A stretch of 64,000 nt of DNA from NCBI RefSeq assembly GCF_003334765.1, contig NZ_QOWT01000001.1; one strand, 5' to 3'. The translations under genes were made by a program, and so were the position numbers. The notes under the pieces were generated by a model that saw only the letters and a list, made by a program, of their open reading frames with translations, ran no database searches and was not told the DNA's origin. Positions 35,012 to 46,500 of this stretch are shown here, one piece after another (the first letter of the stretch is position 1; every line of letters begins with the position of its first letter). The stretch is from Escherichia coli. Lineage in GTDB: Bacteria > Pseudomonadota > Gammaproteobacteria > Enterobacterales > Enterobacteriaceae.

Positions 35012-36607
35012 TTAATGAGCCGCTTCAGGCAGGACAAAACCCATCGCCGCATCGATAAATAATCTTTCGTCCATCAGTTTGAGTTCTGGCGAAATCACTG
35101 GGGTGAAATCCATTTTGTCGAGAATATCTTTTTGTAAATCGACGCCAGGGGCGATTTCGATTAAATGCAGGCCGTCTTCTTTCAGCGTGAATACTGCGCG
35201 CTCAGTGATATAACGAACATCCAGCCCTCGCTCGAGAGCGATTTTTCCGCTGAAAGTAATTTCCGGTAGTTCCCGAATAAATTTCTTCACCCGTCCTTCC
35301 TGGACGATATTTAATTTGCCGTCGGTAATTTCTGTTTTTAAACTGCCCGCAGTTAATGTGCCGCAGAAAATGATTTTCTTCGAAGTGGCACTGATATCAA
35401 TAAATCCACCGGTGCCCATGATTTTACCATTGAATTTATGCACGCCGACGTTACCGTGCTGGTCGACTTCAGCAAAACTCAAATAACAAACATCCAGACC
35501 GCCACCGTGATAAAAATCAAACTGGGACGTCATATCCAGAATGGCACGGGTATTCACGTTCGCGCCAAAGGCGATCCCCTGTGAAGTAATTCCGCCAATC
35601 GGACCTGTTTCTACCGTCAGAATAAAGTCATCAGCACAACCTTCTTCTCGGGCGACCAGGCCAATGCCGTCAGCAATACCGACGCCGACATTCCCCACCG
35701 CGCCTTTACGCATTTCGAATAATGCGCGCCGCGCAACTAATTTACGTTGGTTTAGGGGCAGGCTAAGTTTGGTACTGTCATCAAGGGTGAAGTCACCAGA
35801 AATAAAGCGGTTAACCGGTGCACCGCCATACAGTTGGGTTTGATCCGGATCGACCACCACAATATCCACCAGATAACCCGGAATACGGACAGATTTAGGA
35901 TGCAGCGTGGCTTTCTTAACCATTTTCTGCACCTGCATCATCACAATACCGCCGTTATTGTGCACCGCCTGGGCAATAACCAATGCGTCGAGATACATCA
36001 CCTCATCTTCAAAAGTGGCGTAGCCTTCACTGTCGCAGGTGGTAGCGCGAATGAAGGCAATATCTGGCGCAATCGCTTTGTAATAGAGATATTCTTTGTT
36101 ATCAAACTCGACCAGTTTAATCAGGTCTTCTTTAGTGACTTCATTCAGTTTGCCGCCTTGCTGGCGTGGATCGACAAATGTCCCGATGCCAATATCACTA
36201 ATAATACCAGGCTGGTGGGCTGCGGCGGCGCGTAAGGTTTGTGTAAGTACACCTTGTGGGTAGTTATAAGCAATAATTTTATTTTGTTCTGCGAGTTCAG
36301 AAATACGCGGCGATTGTCCCCAGTGACCACATAATGCCCATTTCACCAGACCTTCTTGCGCCAGAGGACTAATACCACGGTCGGCGCGATCGCCAAGCCC
36401 TGTTGGACTAATAATCGATAAATTACGTGGTGTTTGAGTCTGTTTATATTTATCAGCAAGAGCAGTAATTAACGTGGTGGCTTCCAGAATACCGCCTCCA
36501 GCGCCTAACACACAAAGTGTTGCTTCGTCGGGAATATAATTCACCGCTTCCTGTGCCGACAGGACCGGCACTCGTCCATTAATACGAGGTGGTTTTACAG
36601 GTTTCAT
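35012..36607 (-). CDS. ydiF: Family I CoA-transferase (fused alpha/beta; acetate/short-chain acyl-CoA)
   Basis: 531-aa ORF. Confidence 0.92.
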   Translation of the reverse strand: MKPVKPPRINGRVPVLSAQEAVNYIPDEATLCVLGAGGGILEATTLITALADKYKQTQTPRNLSIISPTGLGDRADRGISPLAQEGLVKWALCGHWGQSPRISELAEQNKIIAYNYPQGVLTQTLRAAAAHQPGIISDIGIGTFVDPRQQGGKLNEVTKEDLIKLVEFDNKEYLYYKAIAPDIAFIRATTCDSEGYATFEDEVMYLDALVIAQAVHNNGGIVMMQVQKMVKKATLHPKSVRIPGYLVDIVVVDPDQTQLYGGAPVNRFISGDFTLDDSTKLSLPLNQRKLVARRALFEMRKGAVGNVGVGIADGIGLVAREEGCADDFILTVETGPIGGITSQGIAFGANVNTRAILDMTSQFDFYHGGGLDVCYLSFAEVDQHGNVGVHKFNGKIMGTGGFIDISATSKKIIFCGTLTAGSLKTEITDGKLNIVQEGRVKKFIRELPEITFSGKIALERGLDVRYITERAVFTLKEDGLHLIEIAPGVDLQKDILDKMDFTPVISPELKLMDERLFIDAAMGFVLPEAAH

Positions 36608-36749
36608 TGTTAATTCCTGATTCAGATGTGATTTTCCCTACGCCAAATGGAGAATTAGCGCACAGAGACTCACGAAATATTTTTATTAAATACGATTGAA
36701 TATATTTTTTAGTTCGGCGGGGAGGGTGTTCCCGCCGAAATATTATTGC

Positions 36750-37508
36750 TTATGCCTGGTGTAAAATAGTTAATACCGTGCGCAAATCATTTACCGAGAT
36801 TTGCCCTGGCGCAGACGCTTTTTTTACCGCACCAAAAGTTGCCGCCGAGCCAAATACTTCACCAGCCAGACGAGAAATTACGCCAGTTTTTGCCATCGAC
36901 ATCGTGATAATTGGACGATCGGCATACTGCTCCTGCATCTCCAGGGTCGCGGCAAGCAACGTCAGCACATCGCTGGTACTTTGCGGCATCAGCGCAATCT
37001 TAGGAATATCGGCGTCGAAGGATTGCATTTTGCGCAGACGGGCAATGATTTCTTCGGCTTCCGGCGTTTTATGGAAGTCATGGTTGGACATGACTACTTT
37101 CACATCATGCGCGTGGGCGTAGGCGACGGTTTCTTTAACCTGATCATCACCGGTAAATAACTCCAGATCGATCATATCAACCAGGCCGCTGTCGATGGCT
37201 GCACGATTGAGTGCAATATAAGCCTCGGTGGAAATCGCCTGCTCGCCGCCTTCTTTGGCACTGCGGAAGGTAAACAGCAGCGGTTTTTCTGGCATGGTCT
37301 CACGGAGAATTTTTGCTGCCGCCATGACAGACTCCACATTGGAGAGGTCGGCATAGTGGTCCACACGCCATTCCAGAATATCAAAGTCCGCTTCACGATA
37401 GGCGAGAGCTTCGGATTTCACGCTGGCGATATCTTTCGCCATCAGCGAGACGATGATTTTAGGTGCGCCCGTACCAATGACGAGATCTTTTACAGTTACG
37501 GTTTTCAT
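36750..37508 (-). CDS. aroD: Type I 3-dehydroquinate dehydratase
   Basis: 252-aa [30 protein letters not shown]. Confidence 0.97.
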   Translation of the reverse strand: MKTVTVKDLVIGTGAPKIIVSLMAKDIASVKSEALAYREADFDILEWRVDHYADLSNVESVMAAAKILRETMPEKPLLFTFRSAKEGGEQAISTEAYIALNRAAIDSGLVDMIDLELFTGDDQVKETVAYAHAHDVKVVMSNHDFHKTPEAEEIIARLRKMQSFDADIPKIALMPQSTSDVLTLLAATLEMQEQYADRPIITMSMAKTGVISRLAGEVFGSAATFGAVKKASAPGQISVNDLRTVLTILHQA

Positions 37509-37538
37509 TTTTTACCCTTTCTGCACGCGGTCAGCCTG

Positions 37539-38405
37539 TCAGGCACCGAACCCCATGACCTGTTTAACATATTCCAGAGGGAAATCTTTGCCAGTCCATA
37601 ATGTGAACTGTTCAGCCCCTTGCCACAACAACATGCCGTATCCATCAATCGTTTTGCAACCAGCTTGTTGCGCCTGCTGCAATAACTTCGTCATATGCGG
37701 GTTATACACGCATTCAGTGACCAGAAGTCCCGGATGTAACAGACTGATATCATTAACCAATGATTCATTCTCAAGGGGTTTCATACCCACTTTTGTGCCA
37801 TTGGTTAAAATGTCGGCGGAAGCCAGGGCTTCAGCAAAGGCTTGCTGATCGGCGAGATCGGTGACCGTGACGACACAATCGGTGTTTTCATTAACCCGCT
37901 GCGCGAAGGCGAGGGCTTTATCGAAGAACTCATCCCGACGGTTAAAGAGTTTAATTTCTTTTAAACCTTCAATTGCCCCCTGCGCGCCAATTGCCGTTGA
38001 GGCACCACCGGCCCCTAACAGCACCATCGTTTTGCCTTTGATATCAAAACCGCTCTCTTTAATGGCGCGAATATGGCCCGTGCCGTCGGTGTTATAGCCA
38101 CGCAGATAGCCATCATCATTAACGATGGTGTTGATGGCCCCCACCAGTTTGGCAGCTGGTGTTAATTCATCAACATATTCACACGCCAGTTGTTTGTTCG
38201 GCATCGATACACCAGTTCCGCGCATTTTGAGGGCTTTTAATCCTTCAATTGCTCCAGGAAAGCTATCGTTATCCACTTCGAAGGCCATATAGGTAAATGG
38301 CAATCCCGCTTTTTCTAAGGCTTTATTCTGCATTTCGGGCGATAAACTGTGGCGGATAGGATAGGCCATCAACCCAATCAATTCGTATTTTGCGGTAACA
38401 TCCAT
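37539..38405 (-). CDS. ydiB: Quinate/shikimate dehydrogenase (NAD(P))
   Basis: 288-aa ORF; AroE-like fold with GAGGAS Rossmann motif. Confidence 0.95.
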
Positions 38406-38416
38406 AATTAACTCCT

Positions 38417-39682
38417 TTAACCTCTATGCTTAATTGTGTTTAACCGGGTGCAAAATTTACGCTCGCCAAACCGCACATCATTTTCAGGAATAATGAAAAC
38501 GCGGTAATAGCGGATAAAAACAATAATTGCGGTAATCAGGGCCAGCAGCGCGAAAGTAAAATCGAGAACAATGATATATTGCAGGCCGATGTTCGACAGA
38601 TAACCGGTAATCAGTGGAATAACAAAGTTAGCCAGTCCACCCATCATCATATAAATACTGGTGACTTTGGCTTTGCTTTTGGGAAAAAACTCTGACATGA
38701 CCGAAACGCCGAGCTGTAAAATGCCGCCAGCTGCTGAGAAACCGATAACAAAGGCTCCGGCATTGCACACCAGTGGAGAAGGGTACAGGTAGATAATGGC
38801 TGCTGTTATTGTTGCCAGTGCAGAGTTAAATACATTAGCCCAGATGGGCCGGACCATTTTTTTCAGTAGTGCGGCAAAAATAAAGACACAGACCAACGAG
38901 CCCATACTGTAATAAGAGATGGTTTTTAATGCCTCAGCTTCTGACATACCAGCAAAAGCCATCGCATATTTGGGCATCCACACCACAATCACATAAAAGG
39001 TCGAGAATGCGGCTACACCGAACAGTACCGATGAAACACCTTCCAGCCAGACTAACGGTTTGCTGTTCATTTGCGGTAATTCATTAGTTACGCTGGCGTC
39101 CACCAACTGGCTGGGGAATTTGCTTTTCAACAGCATCAGCGTGATCAGTACAAATAGAATACCCGGAATAATCAGCCCATAGCCGTACCAGATATTATTG
39201 AGCAACATATAGCTCACCAGCATTGGGTAGAACATTTGCCCAAATGACACCATCGCTTTAACCAGTATGACCGCCGAACCAGAGGCTTTCGGAAAGCATT
39301 CCATGAGCGCGGGGTAGCCACCCGTATCCAGCGCTGAGTTAGCGATACCTACGCACACTGCCAGACCGTAGGCGAGAGTTAAATTCGGGCAAGCGGGAAT
39401 ACCAAAGAAGAATAGCAGATACATTATTACTGCCATTAATATCACCGCCCGACGACCAAACTTATCGGAGATCACACCGAAGAATAAAATACTGATCAAT
39501 CGCCCCAAACCGATACCGGAAATTAAGTAGGCAATGCCCGCGTTGTCAGTGGAAAACTTTTCCGCCAGAGATGACATATTTTGGGCAAGCGTAATAACAC
39601 TAATGCCGTGCAGGAAGTAGCTGAAGTAAATACAAAGAACAGCCAGGATAAATGGCGTGCTGAAAGCCTTATTTTGAGACAT
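38417..39682 (-). CDS. ydiN: MFS transporter
   Basis: ORF track 38417..39688 begins at GTG; first ATG at 39682 (MSQNKAF...), 421 aa, 12-TM-like. Confidence 0.88.
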
Positions 39683-39908
39683 TTTCACAGCTCCTTGCTG
39701 AAAGATAATTTCGTTACCGTACGTATTGTTCTCCGACGGTTTACATAATTACTATACTGAAGATGATTTTCCCTGGGTACATGGCATAAAGTTTATGTTT
39801 CCAGGAATATTGCATGTCATAGTTTGTTTTTGATCGCGATTTTCCTTAGTTAGCGCAGAAAGAGTTATTTATCCGTAAGATCTTGCATGACCTGAAAAGA
39901 ATATTGCA

Positions 39909-41123
39909 TTACCCACCCGGAGCGACATTTTCCTTTAGCGAGTGATGCCGCGTTTTTTTGCGGCTGCGTAAGCCGATAAACAGTGCCAGTAAAAAACCGA
40001 TGGCAGCGATGGCGGTATCGAACCACATAATATCGGCAATACTTCTTTGGGACAGATGAGCCGTAATCAACGGAATAGTAAAGGTCGCAATACTGCCCGC
40101 ACTGTAATAGATCCCTGTAGCTTTACCTTTAGCGTAAGGGAAACGTTCAGCCATTAACGTCAGGCCAATTTGCACAACACCTCCAGCAGAGGTAAAACCA
40201 ATGACAAAAGCAAATATTATCACCACATAAAATGTGGGATGCAGGCAGACGGTAAACAGAGCAATAAATGAGATAAAGGTGTACAGCATCAGTAATGTTG
40301 TTGGGCGAACGGTATTACGAATGAGTGGAGCGGTAATAAATACACAAAGCAGCGAACCCACGGTGTAGATACTGAGTAGTTTGATCGACATAGTGTATGA
40401 CATGCCTGCAACAAATTGTCCGTACTGTGCCAGCCACTGGCTAACCAGATAAAACGTTGCCATTGAGATATAGCCATATAAGGTATAACTGGCTAAATCG
40501 ATAATTGAACAGCGATGTTCCGTAGAGCTGGTGGTTTTCTTTATGACAGGTAAGCGACGACCCGGATGGGGTGGGAACGTACAACGGTATAAAAACAGAG
40601 CGTTAATAAACATAATGCCTGCAGCAATCATAAAGGACCAACCGAACCACAGTTCAGCCCACACTAACAGGCTAATGATTAGCGGTAATAAAAATTGTCC
40701 GCTGGAAACAAATGCTTTAATTAAAATATTGGCTGTCCCAGGTGAGCGTGGAAAAGCTTCCATCAAACTGGGATAAGTGCCTGCATCGAGAAAACTGTTT
40801 GCCATTCCCGCCAGAAAGCCAAAAACATAAGCGATAATGATGTTATTGGTCTGCAGGATGCCAAAAAAGAAGGCCATATAGCAGCACATCCCGAGCATGA
40901 TAAAAGGGCGGCGACCAAAGCGATCGGATAATAATCCTGCAAAAAGCAAGACACTTAATCGACCAATGCCCAGCGATGAGATAACTATCGAGACACCCGC
41001 GGCATTAGTCTGCCAAAGTGTCTCCAGCGAGGCCATATTCAGGCTCATCAAAAGGACGCCCATACCATGCACCAGGTAATTAAAATACAACCCAAGTGCG
41101 GTAGGGAAATAGGGATTTTTCAT
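39909..41123 (-). CDS. ydiM: MFS transporter
   Basis: 404-aa polytopic ORF. Confidence 0.9.
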   Translation of the reverse strand: MKNPYFPTALGLYFNYLVHGMGVLLMSLNMASLETLWQTNAAGVSIVISSLGIGRLSVLLFAGLLSDRFGRRPFIMLGMCCYMAFFFGILQTNNIIIAYVFGFLAGMANSFLDAGTYPSLMEAFPRSPGTANILIKAFVSSGQFLLPLIISLLVWAELWFGWSFMIAAGIMFINALFLYRCTFPPHPGRRLPVIKKTTSSTEHRCSIIDLASYTLYGYISMATFYLVSQWLAQYGQFVAGMSYTMSIKLLSIYTVGSLLCVFITAPLIRNTVRPTTLLMLYTFISFIALFTVCLHPTFYVVIIFAFVIGFTSAGGVVQIGLTLMAERFPYAKGKATGIYYSAGSIATFTIPLITAHLSQRSIADIMWFDTAIAAIGFLLALFIGLRSRKKTRHHSLKENVAPGG

Positions 41124-41222
41124 AGGTTCTACTTAGCAAAGGTGCTTTAAAAAGTGAAGCGATGTTGTGTCAGCATCCGTTCATTATTGTTGTAACAACG
41201 ACAATTCCTTTCTGTGGAAAAA

Positions 41223-41579
41223 TTAACAAAGCCGCTCCAGATCGTGTGCATATAATTCAGCAGCTACCGATTGATAGATCTTCCAGTCAATAAAATTGCC
41301 ATCAGGGTAGACTCGTTGAAATGCGGTTAAGTCGGGGAAAAAACGCATGGTGTTGTTGCCGATGCGGTTATTTATTTTCTCTATGATGGCATGAAGATGT
41401 TTTTTTCTTTGCTGACGCATAGCCAACAGTTGCTCGACTACACGATCAGGAATGGCACACTTGCCATTTTCCCACTGACGCCAGCTTTCACTGTCACCGG
41501 TCTGGGCAATCCAGGTCGCGCATTCATCAATAGTCATGGCAAAAATATGGCGGAGTGCCTGGAGTTCATAAGCGTTCAT
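41223..41579 (-). CDS. ydiL: Uncharacterised protein YdiL
   Basis: ORF track 41223..41606; start at ATG 41579 (MNAYELQALRHIF...), 118 aa. Confidence 0.8.
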   Translation of the reverse strand: MNAYELQALRHIFAMTIDECATWIAQTGDSESWRQWENGKCAIPDRVVEQLLAMRQQRKKHLHAIIEKINNRIGNNTMRFFPDLTAFQRVYPDGNFIDWKIYQSVAAELYAHDLERLC

Positions 41580-41716
41580 CGTGTAATGGCTGCATGAAAT
41601 AAACAATAAAATATAAATAACATTATCAGCCTGCTGACGGCTTGAAGAGAGTCACAGTATCTTGTGCAACATTATTGGAAAGAGTGAGGGGCGAGGTAGC
41701 GAAGCGGAAAAATGTT

Positions 41717-41822
41717 AAAAAAAAGCCCATCGTGGGAGATGGGCAAAGACTACACACAGCAATTCGTTGTTTCACTCAGGGGATTTCCATGCTTATAAAT
41801 CAATATGTTGATTTATAACCGT
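41717..41822 (-). ncRNA. rprA: RprA small regulatory RNA (RpoS translational activator)
   Basis: Reverse complement reads ACGGTTATAAATCAACATATTGATTTATAAGCATGGAAATCCCCTGAGTGAAACAACGAATTGCTGTGTGTAGTCTTTGCCCATCTCCCACGATGGGCTTTTTTTT, recognised as RprA including its terminator. Confidence 0.9.
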
Positions 41823-41875
41823 GAGCTAATAGTAGGCATACGGACTTTTTGCGTCGATCAGATTCGTCTCATTAG
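41823..41875 (-). promoter_or_regulatory. rprA promoter region (RcsB-dependent in K-12)
   Basis: Position immediately upstream of the rprA 5' end; -10-like tactat on minus strand. Confidence 0.5.
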
Positions 41876-42007
41876 TTTAAAAACTGTAAAGAATTTGCGA
41901 CAGGTACTACCAGCTGAATGGCGGTAAGCAGGAAAATATGGGGAAGAGCAAGCAAATATCAATTAGCGGTGGTTAACAATCAGGCGGCAGAGCCGCCTGA
42001 TGAGAAA

Positions 42008-43120
42008 TTACTTATTCGGTTTCTCGATTTCGCCAAGTTCTTCGAGAATTTCTTCCGGTTGGTCCGTCGGCGGCGGGACTTCTTCCACCCACGCGGCAAA
42101 CAGACGCCAGGAAACGGCTAACAGAACCGGACCAATAAACAGACCGATCATCCCGAAAGCAATCAAACCACCAATAACGCCAGAGAGAATCAGGATCAGC
42201 GGTAAATCGGCACCCATGCGAATTAACATTGGGCGGATGACGTTATCCAGCGTGCCAACCACACCGCTCCACACTAACAATACCGTTCCCCAGGTGGTAT
42301 CGCCAGTCCAGTAGAGCCAGATAATCGCCGGAATCAGTACCGGCAACGGGCCAAGCTGGACAAGGCAGGAGAGGATCATTAACACCGTTAGCAACGTTGC
42401 ATAAGGTACGCCGGATACGGCGAGGCCGATACCGCCAAGCACTGCCTGTACTAACGCCGTCACCACCACACCCAGCGCCACCGCGCGGATAGCCTGTGCC
42501 GCCAGCAGCACGGCGGCATCTCCGCGAACGCCTGCCAGACGGGTTGCAAAATGGCGAATGCCTTGTGCCACCTGTTCACCGCGCCAGTACAGCAGGGCAC
42601 TGAAGAGAAGCATCAGCGCACAATGCACCATAAAGCGCCCGATATGCGCCGCCTGCCCAACGAACCAGGTGGTGGTGGTGCCAATATAAGGGCGGACTTT
42701 CGCCATGATCGCCGTCCCCCCCATATCCAGCAAGTTGTGCCAGCCTGCATACAGCTTCGCGCCAATCACCGGAATGGTATTAAGCCACGCCAGATCGGGT
42801 AACGTCATGTCACCGCTGGAAATGGCTTTAATTAGCGGGCCGCTGCCGTCGACGATACTGTTAACCAGCAAAGCAATAGGGATGATAAACACCATCACTA
42901 ATAACAGCGTCATCACCAGAACGGCGAGAGAGCGGCGGCCAAACATGATCTTTTGCAAACGTAACAATACCGGCCAGGTGGCGATAACCACCGTACCGGC
43001 CCATGCAAAGCCGAGAATAAAGGGTTGAACAATCCACAGACATGCCACAATCATGATGGCTAAAAACAGCACCGAAAGCAGAATTTGTGCGACATCCCTG
43101 GGCTGACGAACATTTACCAT
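42008..43120 (-). CDS. ydiK: AI-2E/UPF0118-family membrane transporter
   Basis: 370-aa polytopic ORF; SD AGGTGA upstream of ATG. Confidence 0.9.
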   Translation of the reverse strand: MVNVRQPRDVAQILLSVLFLAIMIVACLWIVQPFILGFAWAGTVVIATWPVLLRLQKIMFGRRSLAVLVMTLLLVMVFIIPIALLVNSIVDGSGPLIKAISSGDMTLPDLAWLNTIPVIGAKLYAGWHNLLDMGGTAIMAKVRPYIGTTTTWFVGQAAHIGRFMVHCALMLLFSALLYWRGEQVAQGIRHFATRLAGVRGDAAVLLAAQAIRAVALGVVVTALVQAVLGGIGLAVSGVPYATLLTVLMILSCLVQLGPLPVLIPAIIWLYWTGDTTWGTVLLVWSGVVGTLDNVIRPMLIRMGADLPLILILSGVIGGLIAFGMIGLFIGPVLLAVSWRLFAAWVEEVPPPTDQPEEILEELGEIEKPNK

Positions 43121-43508
43121 AACTACTTTTCACCTTTTTTGTGCGTCAAATCGTCGACGCGACGTGAACACGCGAAACTCACCTGCATAATGATGAGCAA
43201 TTTCAGCGGTTTTTAACAGGCCGATTCTGCCCTTAATTCTGATGGGCGTGTTAGAAAAAAATGTGGTACAACAACTCAGGCAACACGCAAACGATTTACT
43301 CGTCGTATTTCAAGTTGCATGTGCTGCGGCTACGTTCGTTCACCCCAGTCACTTACTATTGTAAGCTCCTGGAGTTCACTCGCTTGCCGCCTTCCTGCAA
43401 CACGAAATCCATAGAGTAAACAAACATCACCTTTCAGTGCGCTATTGCAGCAGCCTGAAAGAATAGTGTATCGACCTACATCACAGACCGCAGGAAAGGG
43501 TCAATATA

Positions 43509-46500
43509 ATGATTCCACAGATTTCCCAGGCACCCGGCGTCGTTCAACTGGTGCTTAATTTTTTGCAAGAGCTGGAGCAACAAGGTTTTACCGGCGATAC
43601 GGCGACAAGTTATGCCGATCGTCTGACAATGTCGACCGACAACAGTATTTACCAACTTCTCCCCGATGCGGTGGTATTTCCGCGTTCAACCGCAGATGTG
43701 GCGCTGATCGCCCGTCTTGCCGCGCAGGAACGCTATTCATCGCTGATCTTTACCCCCCGCGGCGGCGGCACCGGCACTAACGGTCAGGCGCTCAACCAGG
43801 GGATTATTGTTGATATGTCCCGCCATATGAACCGCATCATCGAAATTAACCCTGAAGAGGGCTGGGTGCGCGTTGAGGCCGGGGTGATAAAAGATCAACT
43901 CAATCAGTACCTGAAACCGTTCGGCTACTTTTTTGCGCCGGAACTTTCGACCAGCAACCGGGCAACGCTCGGTGGGATGATCAATACCGATGCATCCGGT
44001 CAGGGATCGCTGGTCTATGGCAAAACGTCAGATCACGTACTTGGCGTACGCGCGGTGTTGTTGGGGGGCGATATTCTCGATACGCAACCTTTACCCGTCG
44101 AATTGGCGGAAACGCTGGGTAAATCCAATACCACAATCGGGCGAATTTATAACACGGTTTATCAACGTTGCCGTCAGCAACGCCAGTTAATTATCGACAA
44201 CTTCCCCAAACTTAACCGCTTTCTTACCGGTTACGATCTGCGTCATGTCTTTAACGATGAGATGACCGAGTTCGACCTGACGCGCATTCTGACGGGTTCA
44301 GAAGGGACGCTGGCCTTTATTACCGAAGCGCGGCTGGATATTACACGCTTGCCTAAAGTGCGCCGTCTGGTGAACGTCAAATATGACTCTTTTGACTCTG
44401 CGCTGCGTAACGCGCCGTTTATGGTTGAGGCGCGGGCGCTTTCGGTAGAGACGGTGGACTCAAAAGTGCTGAATCTGGCGCGGGAAGATATTGTCTGGCA
44501 TTCCGTCAGCGAGTTGATTACCGATGTGCCTGACCAAGAGATGCTCGGGCTGAACATTGTGGAATTTGCTGGTGATGATGAGGCGCTGATTGATGAGCGG
44601 GTAAATGCACTCTGTGCGCGGTTGGATGAGCTGATCGCCAGTCATCAAGCAGGTGTCATCGGCTGGCAGGTGTGCCGTGAGCTGGCGGGGGTTGAACGTA
44701 TCTATGCAATGCGCAAAAAAGCCGTTGGTCTGCTTGGCAATGCCAAAGGTGCCGCTAAGCCAATTCCGTTTGCTGAGGATACCTGCGTACCGCCGGAACA
44801 CCTGGCGGATTATATTGCTGAATTTCGCGCGCTGCTCGACAGCCACGGCTTAAGCTACGGTATGTTCGGTCACGTCGACGCAGGTGTCTTGCACGTCCGT
44901 CCAGCGCTGGATATGTGCGATCCTCAACAAGAGATTTTGATGAAGCAAATCTCTGATGACGTGGTGGCGCTGACTGCGAAATACGGTGGTTTGTTGTGGG
45001 GCGAGCACGGCAAAGGTTTTCGCGCTGAATACAGCCCGGCGTTTTTCGGTGAGGAACTTTTTGCAGAACTGCGCAAAGTGAAAGCGGCATTTGACCCGCA
45101 TAACCGACTCAACCCAGGGAAGATTTGCCCGCCAGAAGGTCTCGATGCGCCGATGATGAAAGTGGACGCGGTGAAGCGCGGTACATTCGATCGGCAGATC
45201 CCCATTGCGGTACGCCAGCAGTGGCGCGGTGCGATGGAGTGTAACGGCAACGGTTTATGCTTCAACTTTGATGCCCGTAGTCCGATGTGTCCGTCGATGA
45301 AGATCACCCAGAACCGGATTCATTCACCGAAAGGGCGCGCAACGCTGGTGCGTGAATGGCTGCGTTTGTTGGCGGATCGCGGCGTTGATCCACTCAAACT
45401 GGAACAAGAACTGCCTGAATCCGGCGTCAGTTTGCGGACGTTAATTGCCCGCACGCGCAATAGCTGGCATGCGAATAAAGGCGAATATGACTTCTCACAC
45501 GAAGTCAAAGAGGCGATGTCGGGCTGTCTGGCCTGTAAAGCGTGTTCGACCCAGTGCCCCATCAAAATTGATGTGCCGGAGTTTCGCTCTCGTTTTCTGC
45601 AGCTCTATCACACCCGTTATTTACGCCCGCTGCGCGACCACCTCGTCGCTACGGTCGAGAGCTACGCGCCGCTGATGGCACGCGCGCCGAAAACCTTTAA
45701 CTTCTTCATTAACCAGCCGCTGGTGCGCAAACTCTCGGAAAAACATATCGGCATGGTTGATTTGCCGCTGCTGTCGGTCCCCTCGCTACAACAACAAATG
45801 GTGGGGCATCGCTCGGCAAACATGACGCTGGAACAGCTTGAATCTCTCAATGCAGAGCAGAAAGCGCGCACAGTGTTGGTGGTGCAGGACCCCTTTACCA
45901 GCTATTACGATGCGCAAGTGGTGGCGGATTTTGTCCGTCTGGTCGAAAAATTAGGTTTCCAGCCTGTGTTACTGCCATTTTCGCCAAATGGCAAAGCCCA
46001 GCATATTAAAGGTTTTCTTAATCGTTTTGCGAAGACGGCGAAAAAGACGGCGGATTTCCTCAACCGTATGGCGAAGCTGGGTATGCCAATGGTGGGCGTC
46101 GATCCGGCGCTGGTACTTTGTTATCGCGATGAATATAAACTGGCGCTGGGCGAGGAGCGTGGCGAGTTTAACGTCTTACTGGCGAATGAATGGCTGGCAA
46201 GCGCACTTGAGTCACAGCCAGTGGCTACAGTCAGCGGTGAATCATGGTATTTCTTTGGTCACTGTACCGAAGTTACCGCCTTGCCGGGTGCGCCAGCACA
46301 ATGGGCCGCGATATTTGCCCATTTTGGCGCGAAACTGGAAAATGTCAGCGTGGGTTGCTGCGGCATGGCAGGGACTTACGGACATGAAGCGAAAAACCAT
46401 GAAAATTCGCTCGGGATCTATGAGTTATCCTGGCATCAGGCTATGCAGCGACTGCCGCGTAACCGCTGTCTGGCGACCGGATATTCCTGCCGTAGCCAGG

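Noticed and set aside
41184-41206. Apparent palindrome attgttgtaacaacgacaatt between ydiM and ydiL
   Set aside because: On checking, the arms are not properly complementary (only ATTGT/ACAAT outer 5-mers pair); too weak to call a site.
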